In this document: positions 39,184 to 51,671 of the stretch, one piece after another
Layout of the letters: each line of letters begins with the position of its first letter
How positions within the stretch are numbered: position 1 is the first letter of the stretch
Origin: Candidatus Poribacteria bacterium
GTDB lineage: Bacteria; Poribacteria; WGA-4E; WGA-3G
Assembly (NCBI GenBank): GCA_964291315.2
Contig: OZ219750.1
Location: 1-64,000, forward strand
DNA length: 64,000 nt
Reading direction: 5' to 3'
Program-made: the position numbers and the translations under genes
The notes under the pieces: model-generated
Databases searched by the model: none
What the model saw: the letters and a program-made list of their open reading frames with translations, nothing else
Told to the model about the DNA's origin: nothing

Positions 39184-40455
39184 ATGCAGCAGTCCTTAAG
39201 AAATACGTTAACACTTTTACTCACAGTCTTTGTCTTAGGAGGTTCCGTGTCTGCTGACAATTGGCATCAGTGGCGTGGGCCAAACAATGACGGTATCAGT
39301 CAGACGGCCGATGCTCCTATTCATTGGAGTCCAACCGAAAATGTCCAATGGCGTTTGCCCCTGCCGGGTGAAGCTGGTTCCACGCCTGTCGTTTGGGAAG
39401 ACAAGATTTTTCTCACCTCAGCGGAAGGCGACGCGCTTGTTTTGATATGTATCAGCACCGAGGGTGAAGAGCTCTGGAGAAAAACTATAGCACATGGGAA
39501 CAGAGTTGTCCGTGGCGGTGAAGGCAATTCCGCCGCCCCGTCCCCTGTAACTGACGGTGAACACGTCTGGGCATTCTTCGGCACTGGAGATCTGGTCTGT
39601 TATGACTTTCAAGGGAATCAAGTTTGGCACACCAATATTGCGAAGCGTTACGGCAGTTTCAATCTCTATTTTGTCATGGCAAGCACGCCACTGATTGACA
39701 AAGACCGGCTTTACATGCACCTCATCCACAGTAACGCATGGCTTGTGCTTGCGCTTGACAAAATGACAGGAGAACAGGTATGGAAGCATAACCGTAAAAG
39801 CGATGCAACCGAGGAGTGTGAACACGCCTACACTTCCCCTATCCTTTACCGCGACACGGAGCGTGAATATCTCATTGTACATGGTGCGGATTATGTGACA
39901 GCACACAGTCTGAGGGACGGCAGCGAAATCTGGCGATGTGGTGATCTGAATCCTAAAGAAAGTTATAACTATAGTCTCCGGTTCGTTGCCTCTCCAGTTG
40001 TGACAGAAGGACTCATCGTAGTTCCTTCGGCAAAAAACGGTCCCGTCGTCGGTATAGATCCCGCTGCGCAAGGCGATATCACGAACGGTAAGTGGCAACG
40101 TTGGAAGCTGCAACAGGGCACCCCGGACGTACCTTCTCCACTTATCTATGACGGTTTAGTCTATCTCTGTCGGGAAAACGGAGACCTGATATGTCTTGAT
40201 GCTGAAACCGGAAAGCAGCTCTATCGGGAGCGGACGCATCGGCATCGGCACCGTGCCTCACCTATCTATGCGAATGGGCATATTTATCTGACCTCTCGGG
40301 ATGGTGTTATCAACGTTGTGAAAGCGGGGCGTGAGTTTGAACTCGTTGCCAGCAATTTCATGGATGAGGTTATCGCTTCATCTCCGGTTATCACTAATCA
40401 AGCGCTCTATCTACGGACGTATCAGGCACTCTACGCGATTGGTGGGACAGAATGA
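39184..40455 (+). CDS. Secreted PQQ-like beta-propeller (BamB-like) protein
   Basis: Signal peptide then NWHQWRGP; repeated SPV..G.VY and TGEQVW blades; SD GGAGG before ATG 39184. Confidence 0.88.
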   Translation: MQQSLRNTLTLLLTVFVLGGSVSADNWHQWRGPNNDGISQTADAPIHWSPTENVQWRLPLPGEAGSTPVVWEDKIFLTSAEGDALVLICISTEGEELWRKTIAHGNRVVRGGEGNSAAPSPVTDGEHVWAFFGTGDLVCYDFQGNQVWHTNIAKRYGSFNLYFVMASTPLIDKDRLYMHLIHSNAWLVLALDKMTGEQVWKHNRKSDATEECEHAYTSPILYRDTEREYLIVHGADYVTAHSLRDGSEIWRCGDLNPKESYNYSLRFVASPVVTEGLIVVPSAKNGPVVGIDPAAQGDITNGKWQRWKLQQGTPDVPSPLIYDGLVYLCRENGDLICLDAETGKQLYRERTHRHRHRASPIYANGHIYLTSRDGVINVVKAGREFELVASNFMDEVIASSPVITNQALYLRTYQALYAIGGTE

Positions 40456-41342
40456 AGACTTACAAAGAGTTGCCAAACGATGCTGGTTCTAACATTGTCG
40501 GACAAGTGACGGCGCAATCAAACCGTCTCCAAAAGCGACTTGCCTCTGTTAAACACACAGTTGCAATTATGAGTGGCAAGGGCGGGGTTGGTAAAAGTAC
40601 GCTCACCGCAAACCTTGCTTCTGCGCTCACACTCAAGGGTAATGCTGTCGGAGTCGTTGATGCGGACATCAACGGGCCGACACTTGCTAAAATGATGGGT
40701 GTCCGTAACGCAGCGCTTGCATATTCACAGAGTGGTGTTAAACCTGCTGTTACTGCCCTCGGCACCCGGTTGATCTCCATGGATTTGCTCTTGGCGGCAG
40801 ACGATACTCCAGTGGTTTGGAATGCCCAAACCCAAAAGGACGCATTTACATGGCGCAGCACAATGGAAGTCGGGGCACTCAGAGAGTTCATCGCCGATAC
40901 TGAATGGGGGGAATTAGATTACCTCCTGCTTGATCTACCGCCCGGCACTGATCGACTGCCAAATGTTGTGGAATTGATTCCTAACCTCGGTGGTATCGTT
41001 GTCGTAACTATTCCATCTGGCGTTTCACAATTCATTGTCAAAAAATCAGTGACAATGGCGAGAGATATTCTTAAGGTTTCAATTATCGGTGTTATCGAAA
41101 ATATGACTGCCTATGTTTGTCAACATTGTGGTAAAGAGGAGTCTCTCTTTGCCACTGCAGAGCCCCTTGACAGTGCGTTCCAACAGGTTCTCCTCAGTCG
41201 GGTTCCGTTTGATCCACGGCTCACCCGTAGCAGCGACGGTGGAACTTCGTATCTTAATGAATACCCAAATACTCCTGTGAGCAAAGCACTTCTGCAGGTG
41301 GCTGAAAAGATTCAAGCATTTTTTGAAGGAGAGAAAAAATGA
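40452..41342 (+). CDS. Mrp/NBP35 (ApbC) family P-loop ATPase, Fe-S carrier
   Basis: SGKGGVGKST, DADINGP, WGELDYLLLDLPPGT, ENM..CQHC. Confidence 0.92.
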   Translation: MKTYKELPNDAGSNIVGQVTAQSNRLQKRLASVKHTVAIMSGKGGVGKSTLTANLASALTLKGNAVGVVDADINGPTLAKMMGVRNAALAYSQSGVKPAVTALGTRLISMDLLLAADDTPVVWNAQTQKDAFTWRSTMEVGALREFIADTEWGELDYLLLDLPPGTDRLPNVVELIPNLGGIVVVTIPSGVSQFIVKKSVTMARDILKVSIIGVIENMTAYVCQHCGKEESLFATAEPLDSAFQQVLLSRVPFDPRLTRSSDGGTSYLNEYPNTPVSKALLQVAEKIQAFFEGEKK

Positions 41343-41857
41343 AATTCCTATGTACAGATTGTGACACGGCGATGAAGTTTAAAAACGTAGCTCGCCCCGA
41401 TCAAGGTTCCGTGACAGCATTCTTTGAATGTCCGGACTGTTTTACAGAGATTGCTATGTTTCTGAATCCGTGGGAGACCCAAATGCTGAAATCATTAGAT
41501 CTCAAGCTTGGTGGTGCTGATGAAGCAGCACAGCCGATGCAGATGATTCGCTCCCAGTTAGGGACAGCAAAAACTGAATCCGTTTCGATAGAAGCAGGTT
41601 CCAATGAAGGCACTGAGGGTGGCAGATGTCCGTTTACTTCTACTATTTCGGATGCTCTTCAGGTGGAATCTGCCCCTGGAGAGCCAACGGGGCCCGTCTG
41701 GAGCGCGGAGGCTTTGGAACGCCTAGAGCGGATCCCCATTTTTGTTCGTCCCATGGCGAAAATGGGGATTGAGAGTTTTGCGAAAGAAAACGGACATGAT
41801 GAAATTACAGGTGAGGTCATGGAGGCCGCACGAGGCAACTTTCCTGTCCAATTCTAA
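41339..41857 (+). CDS. Zn-ribbon + PCP_red-like domain protein
   Basis: CTDC...CPDC; GRCPF; C-terminal WSAEALERLERIPIFVRPMAK. Confidence 0.8.
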   Translation: MKFLCTDCDTAMKFKNVARPDQGSVTAFFECPDCFTEIAMFLNPWETQMLKSLDLKLGGADEAAQPMQMIRSQLGTAKTESVSIEAGSNEGTEGGRCPFTSTISDALQVESAPGEPTGPVWSAEALERLERIPIFVRPMAKMGIESFAKENGHDEITGEVMEAARGNFPVQF

Positions 41858-42058
41858 TCCAAAATTAACAGCGGTTGTAGGGAAATCAAATCAACTTTTC
41901 CCTACACTGATTTTTCAAATCTTATCCTTCAAATCCTTCAGACCTTTACTAAATCCGAGAGTGCCTCTTTACAAATAATGTTTCGGGTGTTGTCGATAGA
42001 TGACACAAATACCTTTCAGTCTCAACAGCTATCAGAGTAGCGGTGCATACGTTATGAG

Positions 42059-42101
42059 AAATAAAGGGCAATGTGCTAAGTGCATTGCCCTTTATTTTTT
42101 T
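42059..42101. terminator. Bidirectional intrinsic terminator
   Basis: AAATAAAGGGCAATG...CATTGCCCTTTATTTTTT between convergent genes. Confidence 0.85.
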
Positions 42102-42158
42102 CGATCTATTTGATGCACAACAGCAAGTGGCGTTTTATAGTGCATTCACTGCCAATCG

Positions 42159-43352
42159 CTAATCTCCGATACCCAGTTTGTCGTTAATTTCTTTCTGATA
42201 GCCTTCTAGTTTGCAGTTCTCAATCTCTGCAATTGTCACGGGGCGGCCGAACCACCCGGATTCATACACCGCCATACAGATGGCTTGAGAGCGCATTCCT
42301 TCGATTGCATCCACTTCAGGTTTACTGTCGCTTCGGATTGCATCGGCGAAGTATTTCAATTCGATGGCGACGGTATCTTCGATACCAGCGGGGAAGTAGT
42401 ATTCCTGTTCTGCATCACTAAGACTCTCTGTAAATTCTGTCATTAGGTCGGCGTTAGAAATCGTTTCGCCGCTACGTGGCACTAATCCAAGGTTCCAATC
42501 TAGCGAACCTTCACTGCCGTAGAGAGTATGTTGACGAAAGCTGTGTCCTGGTGCGGAGCCGACCCATGTCCATTGTGCGGTAACGCCTTGTTCAAATTTG
42601 ATAGTAGCAATCATTGCATCTTCAACATCGACGGCGTAGCCGCCCTCTCTTTCTGCTGGGTTGTCGTAACGGAAGGGTTCATAAGCCTTATTAATAGCAT
42701 AAACCTCTTCGGCTTCCATGCCGAGAATGTACCGCATCAGGTCAGTGAAGTGGACTCCACCGTCTAATGCCCACCCGCCTCCTGCGTCCATTTTGAAGTT
42801 GCGCCAGCTCCATTTTCCCAAACCTTCGCCAACTTCTATCCAGAAGAACATTCGTGGGTCCCCGATACGGCCTTGCGCGATTGCCCAGCTTCGCGTGCGC
42901 TGGATGCGTGCTAGCCGATAATTTTCTGCAACGGAGATAATTTTATCGTTTCGGTCTGCAGCTTCCATCATCAATTTGCATGCGCGCATTGTAATACCGA
43001 AGGGCTTTTCAAGGATCACATGCTTTCCGGCATCGAGTGCGGGTACAGCGAGGGTGTGATGTGCACTGTGGAGTGCACAGATGTCAACACAAGTTAGCTC
43101 CGGGTGTTTCCCAAGCATTTCGTCAAGTTCGGTATAGACTGTGGGTTTTATTCCGCCTTGGAATGCGTATGCTTGATGTGCGCGTTCTTCGGCTCGTTCT
43201 TGTGCGATATCGCACGCTGCTACGATTTCGAAGTCTCTCAGGCCTTTAGACCAGAGTTCCTCGTAACCTTTCATGTGTGCGCCGGACATCCCGCCGCATC
43301 CTACTAAACCCATTTTAATTCGTTCTGCCATATCTGCCTCCTTCACTTCCAT
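42159..43352 (-). CDS. Gfo/Idh/MocA family oxidoreductase
   Basis: GLVGCGG, GKHVILEKP, GGWALDGGVHFTD. Confidence 0.93.
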   Translation of the reverse strand: MEVKEADMAERIKMGLVGCGGMSGAHMKGYEELWSKGLRDFEIVAACDIAQERAEERAHQAYAFQGGIKPTVYTELDEMLGKHPELTCVDICALHSAHHTLAVPALDAGKHVILEKPFGITMRACKLMMEAADRNDKIISVAENYRLARIQRTRSWAIAQGRIGDPRMFFWIEVGEGLGKWSWRNFKMDAGGGWALDGGVHFTDLMRYILGMEAEEVYAINKAYEPFRYDNPAEREGGYAVDVEDAMIATIKFEQGVTAQWTWVGSAPGHSFRQHTLYGSEGSLDWNLGLVPRSGETISNADLMTEFTESLSDAEQEYYFPAGIEDTVAIELKYFADAIRSDSKPEVDAIEGMRSQAICMAVYESGWFGRPVTIAEIENCKLEGYQKEINDKLGIGD

Positions 43353-43404
43353 TGTACACCTATGTTAGACTATGCGAAATTATATGTGATACAGAGAATA
43401 ATTG

Positions 43405-44058
43405 TCAATAATTTTTATTGTTTTTCTCTTTTGCCCATATAGTTGTTAATTTCTCTATAGGGTCAATCGCTTGTGGTTGGCCGCCTTCAATGTCGCTGAC
43501 GTATTCACCTTTGTAAAGGCGAACGTGGTCGAGCCAGACATCTGCTTTTTCTCCCCCCATAATGATACCGGCGCGTGAATTTACATCATCTACTGTCATT
43601 TTGAAGGTAATGAAGAATTCTTTCCATTCTTCAGTTAAACCGATTGCTTTTCTTGCATATTCATTCCATGGGGCTCCTTGATGGAGGATCCGCATTGTAA
43701 TGTTTCTCGGTTTTTCACTTTTTGCCCATAGATTGTAGGTATAGGTGGTGCGTTTTTCGAGGGTAAAAGGTTGCTGATAAAGTTGGATGTGTCCTAGGAT
43801 GCCTCCTGCTTTACTGATTTTGATATAGGCGGCTTTATTTCCTGCGATGGGTTCTGCTTTTTTCCGCTCGGTTTGGAAGGTCGCGGTGGCATCGGCGTGT
43901 GTCCAGTGGTGCCAGCTGTCGAGATTCAGGTCGAAATCACCGTTTTTGAGGATATTTTCGGGGAGTTCGGCAGTGTATCCGAGCGTTACTACTCCAAGCA
44001 GACCTATCAATAAGAGTAAACGACAGCTGTAAATCGGTGTTCGGTGTCTTATGTTCAT
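43405..44058 (-). CDS. Secreted carbohydrate-binding (CBM4/9-like) protein with the C-terminal tail
   Basis: Signal peptide, NILKNGDFD, YTYNLWAKS, LTEEWKEF, VWLDHVRL; tail AIDPIEKLTTIWAKEK. Confidence 0.8.
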   Translation of the reverse strand: MNIRHRTPIYSCRLLLLIGLLGVVTLGYTAELPENILKNGDFDLNLDSWHHWTHADATATFQTERKKAEPIAGNKAAYIKISKAGGILGHIQLYQQPFTLEKRTTYTYNLWAKSEKPRNITMRILHQGAPWNEYARKAIGLTEEWKEFFITFKMTVDDVNSRAGIIMGGEKADVWLDHVRLYKGEYVSDIEGGQPQAIDPIEKLTTIWAKEKNNKNY

Positions 44059-44094
44059 CTGTGTTTTCCTTGTTTTTTATGTGTTGTGGTGCGT

Positions 44095-44130
44095 AAAAAA
44101 AGAAAAGGGTAGGTGTTGGGCCTACCCTTT
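44095..44130 (-). terminator. rRNA unit terminator
   Basis: AAAGGGTAGG/CCTACCCTTT hairpin followed by a U-rich tract on the - strand. Confidence 0.8.
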
Positions 44131-44139
44131 AGATGGGTT

Positions 44140-44256
44140 CCCGGCAGCGACCTACTTTCCCGCGGGGTTGCCCCCGAAGTATCATCAGCGCTGAAGGGCT
44201 TAACTACCGTGTTCGGTATGGGGACGGGTGGTTCCCCTTCGCTGTAGCCACCGGAA
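44140..44256 (-). rRNA. rrf: 5S rRNA
   Basis: Reverse complement has CCCATACCGAACACGGTAGTTAAGCC and AGTAGGTCGCTGCCGG; ends approximate. Confidence 0.95.
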
Positions 44257-44359
44257 GTATTTTTGCGTGGCTCAGTATCAGTAGTGGTATGTAGTCTGAG
44301 CCGTTACAATAAAATTTGACAATTGCATATGTGTGAGGGATTTGGTAGAATAAAATTAA

Positions 44360-47335
<2,976 letters not shown>

Positions 47336-47372
47336 GGTGATATTATTCTACCGATTTACCCTCTATATGCAA

Positions 47373-47386
47373 TTGTCAAAGAACAA
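47373..47386 (-). promoter_or_regulatory. boxA-like antitermination motif
   Basis: - strand TTGTTCTTTGACAA between tRNA-Ala and 23S. Confidence 0.6.
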
Positions 47387-47415
47387 CGCCTATGTGTCTT
47401 TATACATACAGGCGA

Positions 47416-47488
47416 TGGAGATGAGCGGAGTTGAACCGCTGACCTACTGCGTGCAAAGCAGTTGCTCTCCCAGCTGAGCTACACCCCC
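47416..47488 (-). tRNA. tRNA-Ala(UGC), CCA not encoded
   Basis: GGGGGTGTAGCTCAGCTGGGAGAGC...ACTGC-TTTGCAC-GCAGT...GGTTCAACTCC...CATCTCCA; G3:U70 pair. Confidence 0.96.
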
Positions 47489-47505
47489 GTGCGGTATGTT
47501 TTTTA

Positions 47506-47750
47506 AGTATACCACAACCATCATACGAAAGTCAAATTTATTTTTCAAAATCGCCTAACGGAGGGATCGCGCCTCCCTTTCGTTCCTATTTGAACGATTG
47601 GCGTGTAAGCAAAATTAAGTATACCACAAAAATCTGCCAATGTCAAATTTATTTTCAAAAATTTTACTGACTGCTTAGATTTTTGAACTTAACCTTTGCA
47701 ACGATATTAAGTATACAACATATTTCCGCCAATGTCAAATTTATTTTTTA
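47506..47750 (-). promoter_or_regulatory. Three tandem sigma70 promoters with A/T UP tracts
   Basis: TTGACT-18-TATACT (47506-47535), TTGACA-17-TATACT (47618-47646), TTGACA-17-TATACT (47710-47738), each preceded by AAAATAAAT. Confidence 0.85.
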
Positions 47751-47816
47751 TTTTTTTCGAATTACGGCACTTTGAACAGAGTAGGCTCTGTTAATTGCGC
47801 AATCAGCTCTTAGTTT

Positions 47817-49010
47817 TCAGTTATCCAGGTCATCAAGAGCCTCGTCAATGCTGGCTTTCAGATCCGCATCCCCAAGTTTATCAGCGATCCCTCGCGCGGT
47901 GTAGAGGTCCTGCATCGCCTCTGTCTCGCGATTTAGGTGTGCCTTCACATTTCCACGGATGTAGTATGCTGTGGCGAAATCAGGTTTTATGTGTATAGCG
48001 GCATCGTAGTCAGCAATAGCAGCAGAATATTCACCCAGCTGACGCTTCACATTTCCACGGAAGAAATATGCGTAGTCGTCGTCGGGTTTTATGCGTATAG
48101 CGGCATCGTAGTCAGCAATAGCAGCAGAATATTCACCCAGATAGTACTTAGCAAGTCCACGGCTGCTGTACGCGTAGCGGTCGTCGGGTTTTATGCGTAT
48201 AGCGGCATCGTAGTCAGCAATAGTAGCAGAATATTCACCCAACTCACGCTTCGCATATGCACGCGAGCGGTATGCGTCAGCGTTATTGGGGTCTATGTGT
48301 ATAGCCATGTTGTAATCATCAACCGCTCCTGCATAGTCTCCTAACTCTTCCTTCTGATTGCCTTGTTCTAAGTACGTCTCCGCGGATATGCCGGAACTGG
48401 CACTTGACAAAGTTCTCACTGGGCCTGCATCTTCAAGGAGCTGCCTGAGGAATTCGGAGGGAATCGCAAAGTTGAGGTTCTGCCCCGCTTCCATTATCCT
48501 GGACGAAACACCGATGACCTCACCACGCGCGTTCACAACCGGGCCTCCGCTACTCCCCGGTGAGATAGGGGCGGTCATCTGGAAATGGGTATCAGCAGCC
48601 CCGCGGCGTATGCTGCTGATAATGCCATCGGAGAACGTGCCTTCTAAACCCTTGGGGTTGCCACACACGTAAATTGTCTCGCCTATTCTCACGTTTTCGC
48701 TGTCTCCAAGCACAAGCTGTTTGACACCGGGCACTGTGATTTTTAGGAGTGCAAGGTCGTTTGCTTCGTCTGTTGCGACGACTCCTTCGATGGGGTGTTT
48801 TTCGGAGATTTCCTGCCCAACTAATTTTGCCGTGCCGAGCACCGTGTCTTGGATGACGTGGTAGTTGGTAGCGATGAGGTTTTGTTGGATGCAGAACCCG
48901 CTGCCGTGTCTGACAGGGGTGCCGGTTGCGTCCTGCATCTCTAGGGAGACGGTGGCAGCGAGGACTTTCTCTGCGATTTCCGGTGTAGTTTGTTCGAAAG
49001 CGGTATTCAT
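47817..49010 (-). CDS. Trypsin-like serine protease with C-terminal TPR repeats
   Basis: TNYHV, DLALL, ISPGSSGGP triad; ~5 TPRs; start at ATG 49010 assumed (ORF track 49061). Confidence 0.9.
   Translation of the reverse strand: MNTAFEQTTPEIAEKVLAATVSLEMQDATGTPVRHGSGFCIQQNLIATNYHVIQDTVLGTAKLVGQEISEKHPIEGVVATDEANDLALLKITVPGVKQLVLGDSENVRIGETIYVCGNPKGLEGTFSDGIISSIRRGAADTHFQMTAPISPGSSGGPVVNARGEVIGVSSRIMEAGQNLNFAIPSEFLRQLLEDAGPVRTLSSASSGISAETYLEQGNQKEELGDYAGAVDDYNMAIHIDPNNADAYRSRAYAKRELGEYSATIADYDAAIRIKPDDRYAYSSRGLAKYYLGEYSAAIADYDAAIRIKPDDDYAYFFRGNVKRQLGEYSAAIADYDAAIHIKPDFATAYYIRGNVKAHLNRETEAMQDLYTARGIADKLGDADLKASIDEALDDLDN
47984..48245. repeat. 102-bp tandem repeats encoding TPR units
   Basis: TATAGCGGCATCGTAGTCAGCAATAG(C/T)AGCAGAATATTCACCCA three times at a 102-nt period. 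Confidence 0.9.
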
Positions 49011-49127
49011 ACGATTTTTCTGGCGGAACCCTTTTTTAGGCTTCTTATTAGAATTGCACAACTTGACAGATTATGCTACAGAAGACAAGCAATTGCAGTT
49101 TATGCTATGAAAGCACAACCTAACAGA

Positions 49128-50609
49128 TTATGATGGGGAACGTCGTGTTCTCTGTCTCCGTCTCTGTTCTGTTAAAATGGGTAGCTTTTGCACTTTTTTG
49201 ATCCATCGCTGTGCTTTGGCGATGTTTGTGTCAAACGGTTCCATCATTTTAAAATATTCCGTATGGCCGGCGTAAATTTGATGCCAGTCGACGATACAAG
49301 GCATTCTATTTTGCGTGAGCGCACGCATCAGAAATGCTCGGACTTTTGCGCGCGTGTCTTGGGGGGCGTTATAGATGGCGTGTTCGATGCGTTCCTCGGT
49401 GATAACCCGTTCCATTTGCCCCTGCTCTTGAAGTGCGTAGTAAAGTCCGCTTTGCATGTCGATGTTATGGTATTCGAGGTCCTGACTTTTAAGCCAGGGG
49501 TCATCCCATTCGATTCCTTGTTCCACACGGAAAGTGTCGAGGAGCCATTTTTTGGCGGCCCAATCGACACGGGAGATAACGTTATGCCAGTGGTCTTCCA
49601 GGTCATCGAGAATGCTTTCCCAGGCGGAGAGTACCCATTGTGTTTCCTCATCTTGTTCGGTGATGACAGATTGGACGAAATGGAGGTATTCTCGCTGTAG
49701 GTCAATTGCTGAAATTGTTTTTCCAGAGCTCAGTGTGATTTTCCATTTAAAGGTTTTGTCGCGCGAGATATATCGAATTGCGCCTACTGGGTCGTAGAGA
49801 TCAAAGCCGGGCAGCGGCAGCTTTTCGCCATGTTCCTCATAAAAAATCTCGATTGCAGAGAGCAGGAGGGCAGTTGTGCCGACTTTGAGGGCGGTTGCGT
49901 GCTCGGACATATTAGAATCTCCGACGAGCAGATGGAGTCGCCGGTATTTTGTGTAATCACTGAGGGGTTCGTCTCTAGTATTGATAATTGATCGGCTGAA
50001 CTGGATCCATTCGTAGACTTCGGTGACGATATGGTCTGCGCGCTGTGAAATTTGATAGTACTGTTGGTCGTCGCTGTTGTTCTGCAAGTCTGTGAACTCA
50101 ACTATTTCATCGTAGGTGCCGACTCTCCCGGTCCCGGCATAAATTTGGCGGGTGACAAAAAATGGCACCAACGTTGGAATGACGACTCGATAGAACGGAA
50201 CTTCTCGCTTGATCTGAAAGTTTTCATGGCAGCCAAAAGTTGCTCCTGTAAAGTGATCTATATTGTTTTTGAAGAAGGCGGTGGGTAGTCCTGTATCGGC
50301 GAGGATGTTGTTGATGACTCGTTCGATAGCTTTGTCGTAAGCGACGAGATCGAAGAGTCCTGTACACTCGGGTGTAGCGTATTCGAGGTGCCCCATATCA
50401 ATATAGAGGCGCCCACCGTTGAAAAGGAATCCGCCGTTTCCGGGCGGTTCGCCCCAGTCGCGATAGTGAATGTCTCGGACTCCGAGTTCCAGTGCATCAA
50501 AGACGTAGTCCCTAACTCGTGCGGCGACTCCTTCAGAGGGGCCGCGTATTTGTTCGGCGCGGGTCAGGCATCCAAATTCAGTTTCGATTCCAAAAATTCT
50601 TTGCTTCAC
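49128..50609 (-). CDS. pafA: Pup/UBact-protein ligase
   Basis: RIFGIETEFG, NGGRLYIDMGHLEYATPEC, GCHENF, RSIINTRDEP, RLHLLVGDSNMSE, DLEYH. Confidence 0.9.
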   Translation of the reverse strand: MKQRIFGIETEFGCLTRAEQIRGPSEGVAARVRDYVFDALELGVRDIHYRDWGEPPGNGGFLFNGGRLYIDMGHLEYATPECTGLFDLVAYDKAIERVINNILADTGLPTAFFKNNIDHFTGATFGCHENFQIKREVPFYRVVIPTLVPFFVTRQIYAGTGRVGTYDEIVEFTDLQNNSDDQQYYQISQRADHIVTEVYEWIQFSRSIINTRDEPLSDYTKYRRLHLLVGDSNMSEHATALKVGTTALLLSAIEIFYEEHGEKLPLPGFDLYDPVGAIRYISRDKTFKWKITLSSGKTISAIDLQREYLHFVQSVITEQDEETQWVLSAWESILDDLEDHWHNVISRVDWAAKKWLLDTFRVEQGIEWDDPWLKSQDLEYHNIDMQSGLYYALQEQGQMERVITEERIEHAIYNAPQDTRAKVRAFLMRALTQNRMPCIVDWHQIYAGHTEYFKMMEPFDTNIAKAQRWIKKVQKLPILTEQRRRQRTRRSPS

Positions 50610-50772
50610 AATTTGTACCCATTACAAGGATCTTAATCCCATTTCGCCATTTGCCTAATGAGATTAAGGTGAGGTTGGTGGGTTGTGCTGTGCTTCAGTC
50701 TGTATTTTGTGCGATATTATTTTTGAAGTTACTTCGGCAAGTTGCTTTTCGCGGTGTTGGCGTGCCTATATT

Positions 50773-51543
50773 TCATGGAAGTGCGGTTTCAATTTCTTCG
50801 GCGTTCAGCAATCGGAATTTGCTAGCACCGGCTTGTGTGGCTTCCAAAACCCCTGCTTCGATCTCCCCCTCTTCTCTTGCCATACTAATGATTTCGTGCA
50901 TCTGTTGGGTGTCTATCTGAGTATCTTCAAATTCCATACTCTCAGGTTCGCGCGAGCTTAATTCTTTGCCGACTGCCCAAGTTTCTAACCCTAATCGAAG
51001 TGCATCGGTCAAATCTCTGCCATCATTTAGGGTTGCGGTATCAAGATAATTTTGCATTCCTGTTTCGATGGTTTCGGTTCCGCCAATAACAGAGAAGACT
51101 GCATGGGTTCGGACATTGCCGTCATAGTTGATACAGGTAAACCGGTTTTGTTCTGAAGACTTTCCGAGTTCGGCGAGCAACATTTTAATGATATAGGCTT
51201 CACCCACGATGGATTCAAAAGCCTGCTTGAAGGTATGCGCTAAAACGAAGTTGGTCAATCGGTGTAGATTTACATCTTCGGTAGCGTTCTGGAAGCCTTG
51301 GACGCTGGCGGTATCGGTGACAAGCATCCGAAGTCGTTCAATATCGGCGGGGTGTCCAATTGCAGAGAGTGCAATTCGATCGTGTACCTCAAAAATTTTG
51401 CGTTGTCCTCTGCCGATAGTGAATAGCACCATGCCTTCGTCATAGGTAAGTCCAACAACGGGACTCCCGACACGAAGTTGGTCTTCAATGTAATCTCGCC
51501 TGTCCTGAATGGCTTCTATCCAGCGATAGGGTTCATCTCGCAT
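50773..51543 (-). CDS. prcA: 20S proteasome alpha subunit
   Basis: EPYRW..A..DRRDYI, GSPVVG, RKIFEVHDRIALSAIG; operon context. Confidence 0.88.
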   Translation of the reverse strand: MRDEPYRWIEAIQDRRDYIEDQLRVGSPVVGLTYDEGMVLFTIGRGQRKIFEVHDRIALSAIGHPADIERLRMLVTDTASVQGFQNATEDVNLHRLTNFVLAHTFKQAFESIVGEAYIIKMLLAELGKSSEQNRFTCINYDGNVRTHAVFSVIGGTETIETGMQNYLDTATLNDGRDLTDALRLGLETWAVGKELSSREPESMEFEDTQIDTQQMHEIISMAREEGEIEAGVLEATQAGASKFRLLNAEEIETALP

Positions 51544-51671
51544 TTCTTAATTATGTGCCTCGCTATGATTGTAAAGATTGGGGCTATATGTTTTAGCACA
51601 ATCTATTGTGCGTTTTCGTTTTGCCAGGGTTGCTGAATGCTCTCCTACGAACTTATTTAGCGTTGTATATT

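Noticed and set aside
39418-40113. 231-aa antisense ORF, and similar shadow ORFs such as 53593..54231
   Set aside because: Fully overlap well-supported genes and show no recognisable motifs
37081-41857. Photosynthesis inferred from PCP_red domains and a b6-type cytochrome
   Set aside because: No bch/chl catalytic or reaction-centre genes; both features occur in non-phototrophs
47506-47750. Three spaced repeats resembling a mini CRISPR array
   Set aside because: Each repeat is a -35/-10 promoter block, spacing is irregular and no cas genes are present
49056-49135. Imperfect 22-bp direct repeat GCACAAC..ACAGATTATG
   Set aside because: Only two degenerate copies with no associated mobile element; cannot support a function
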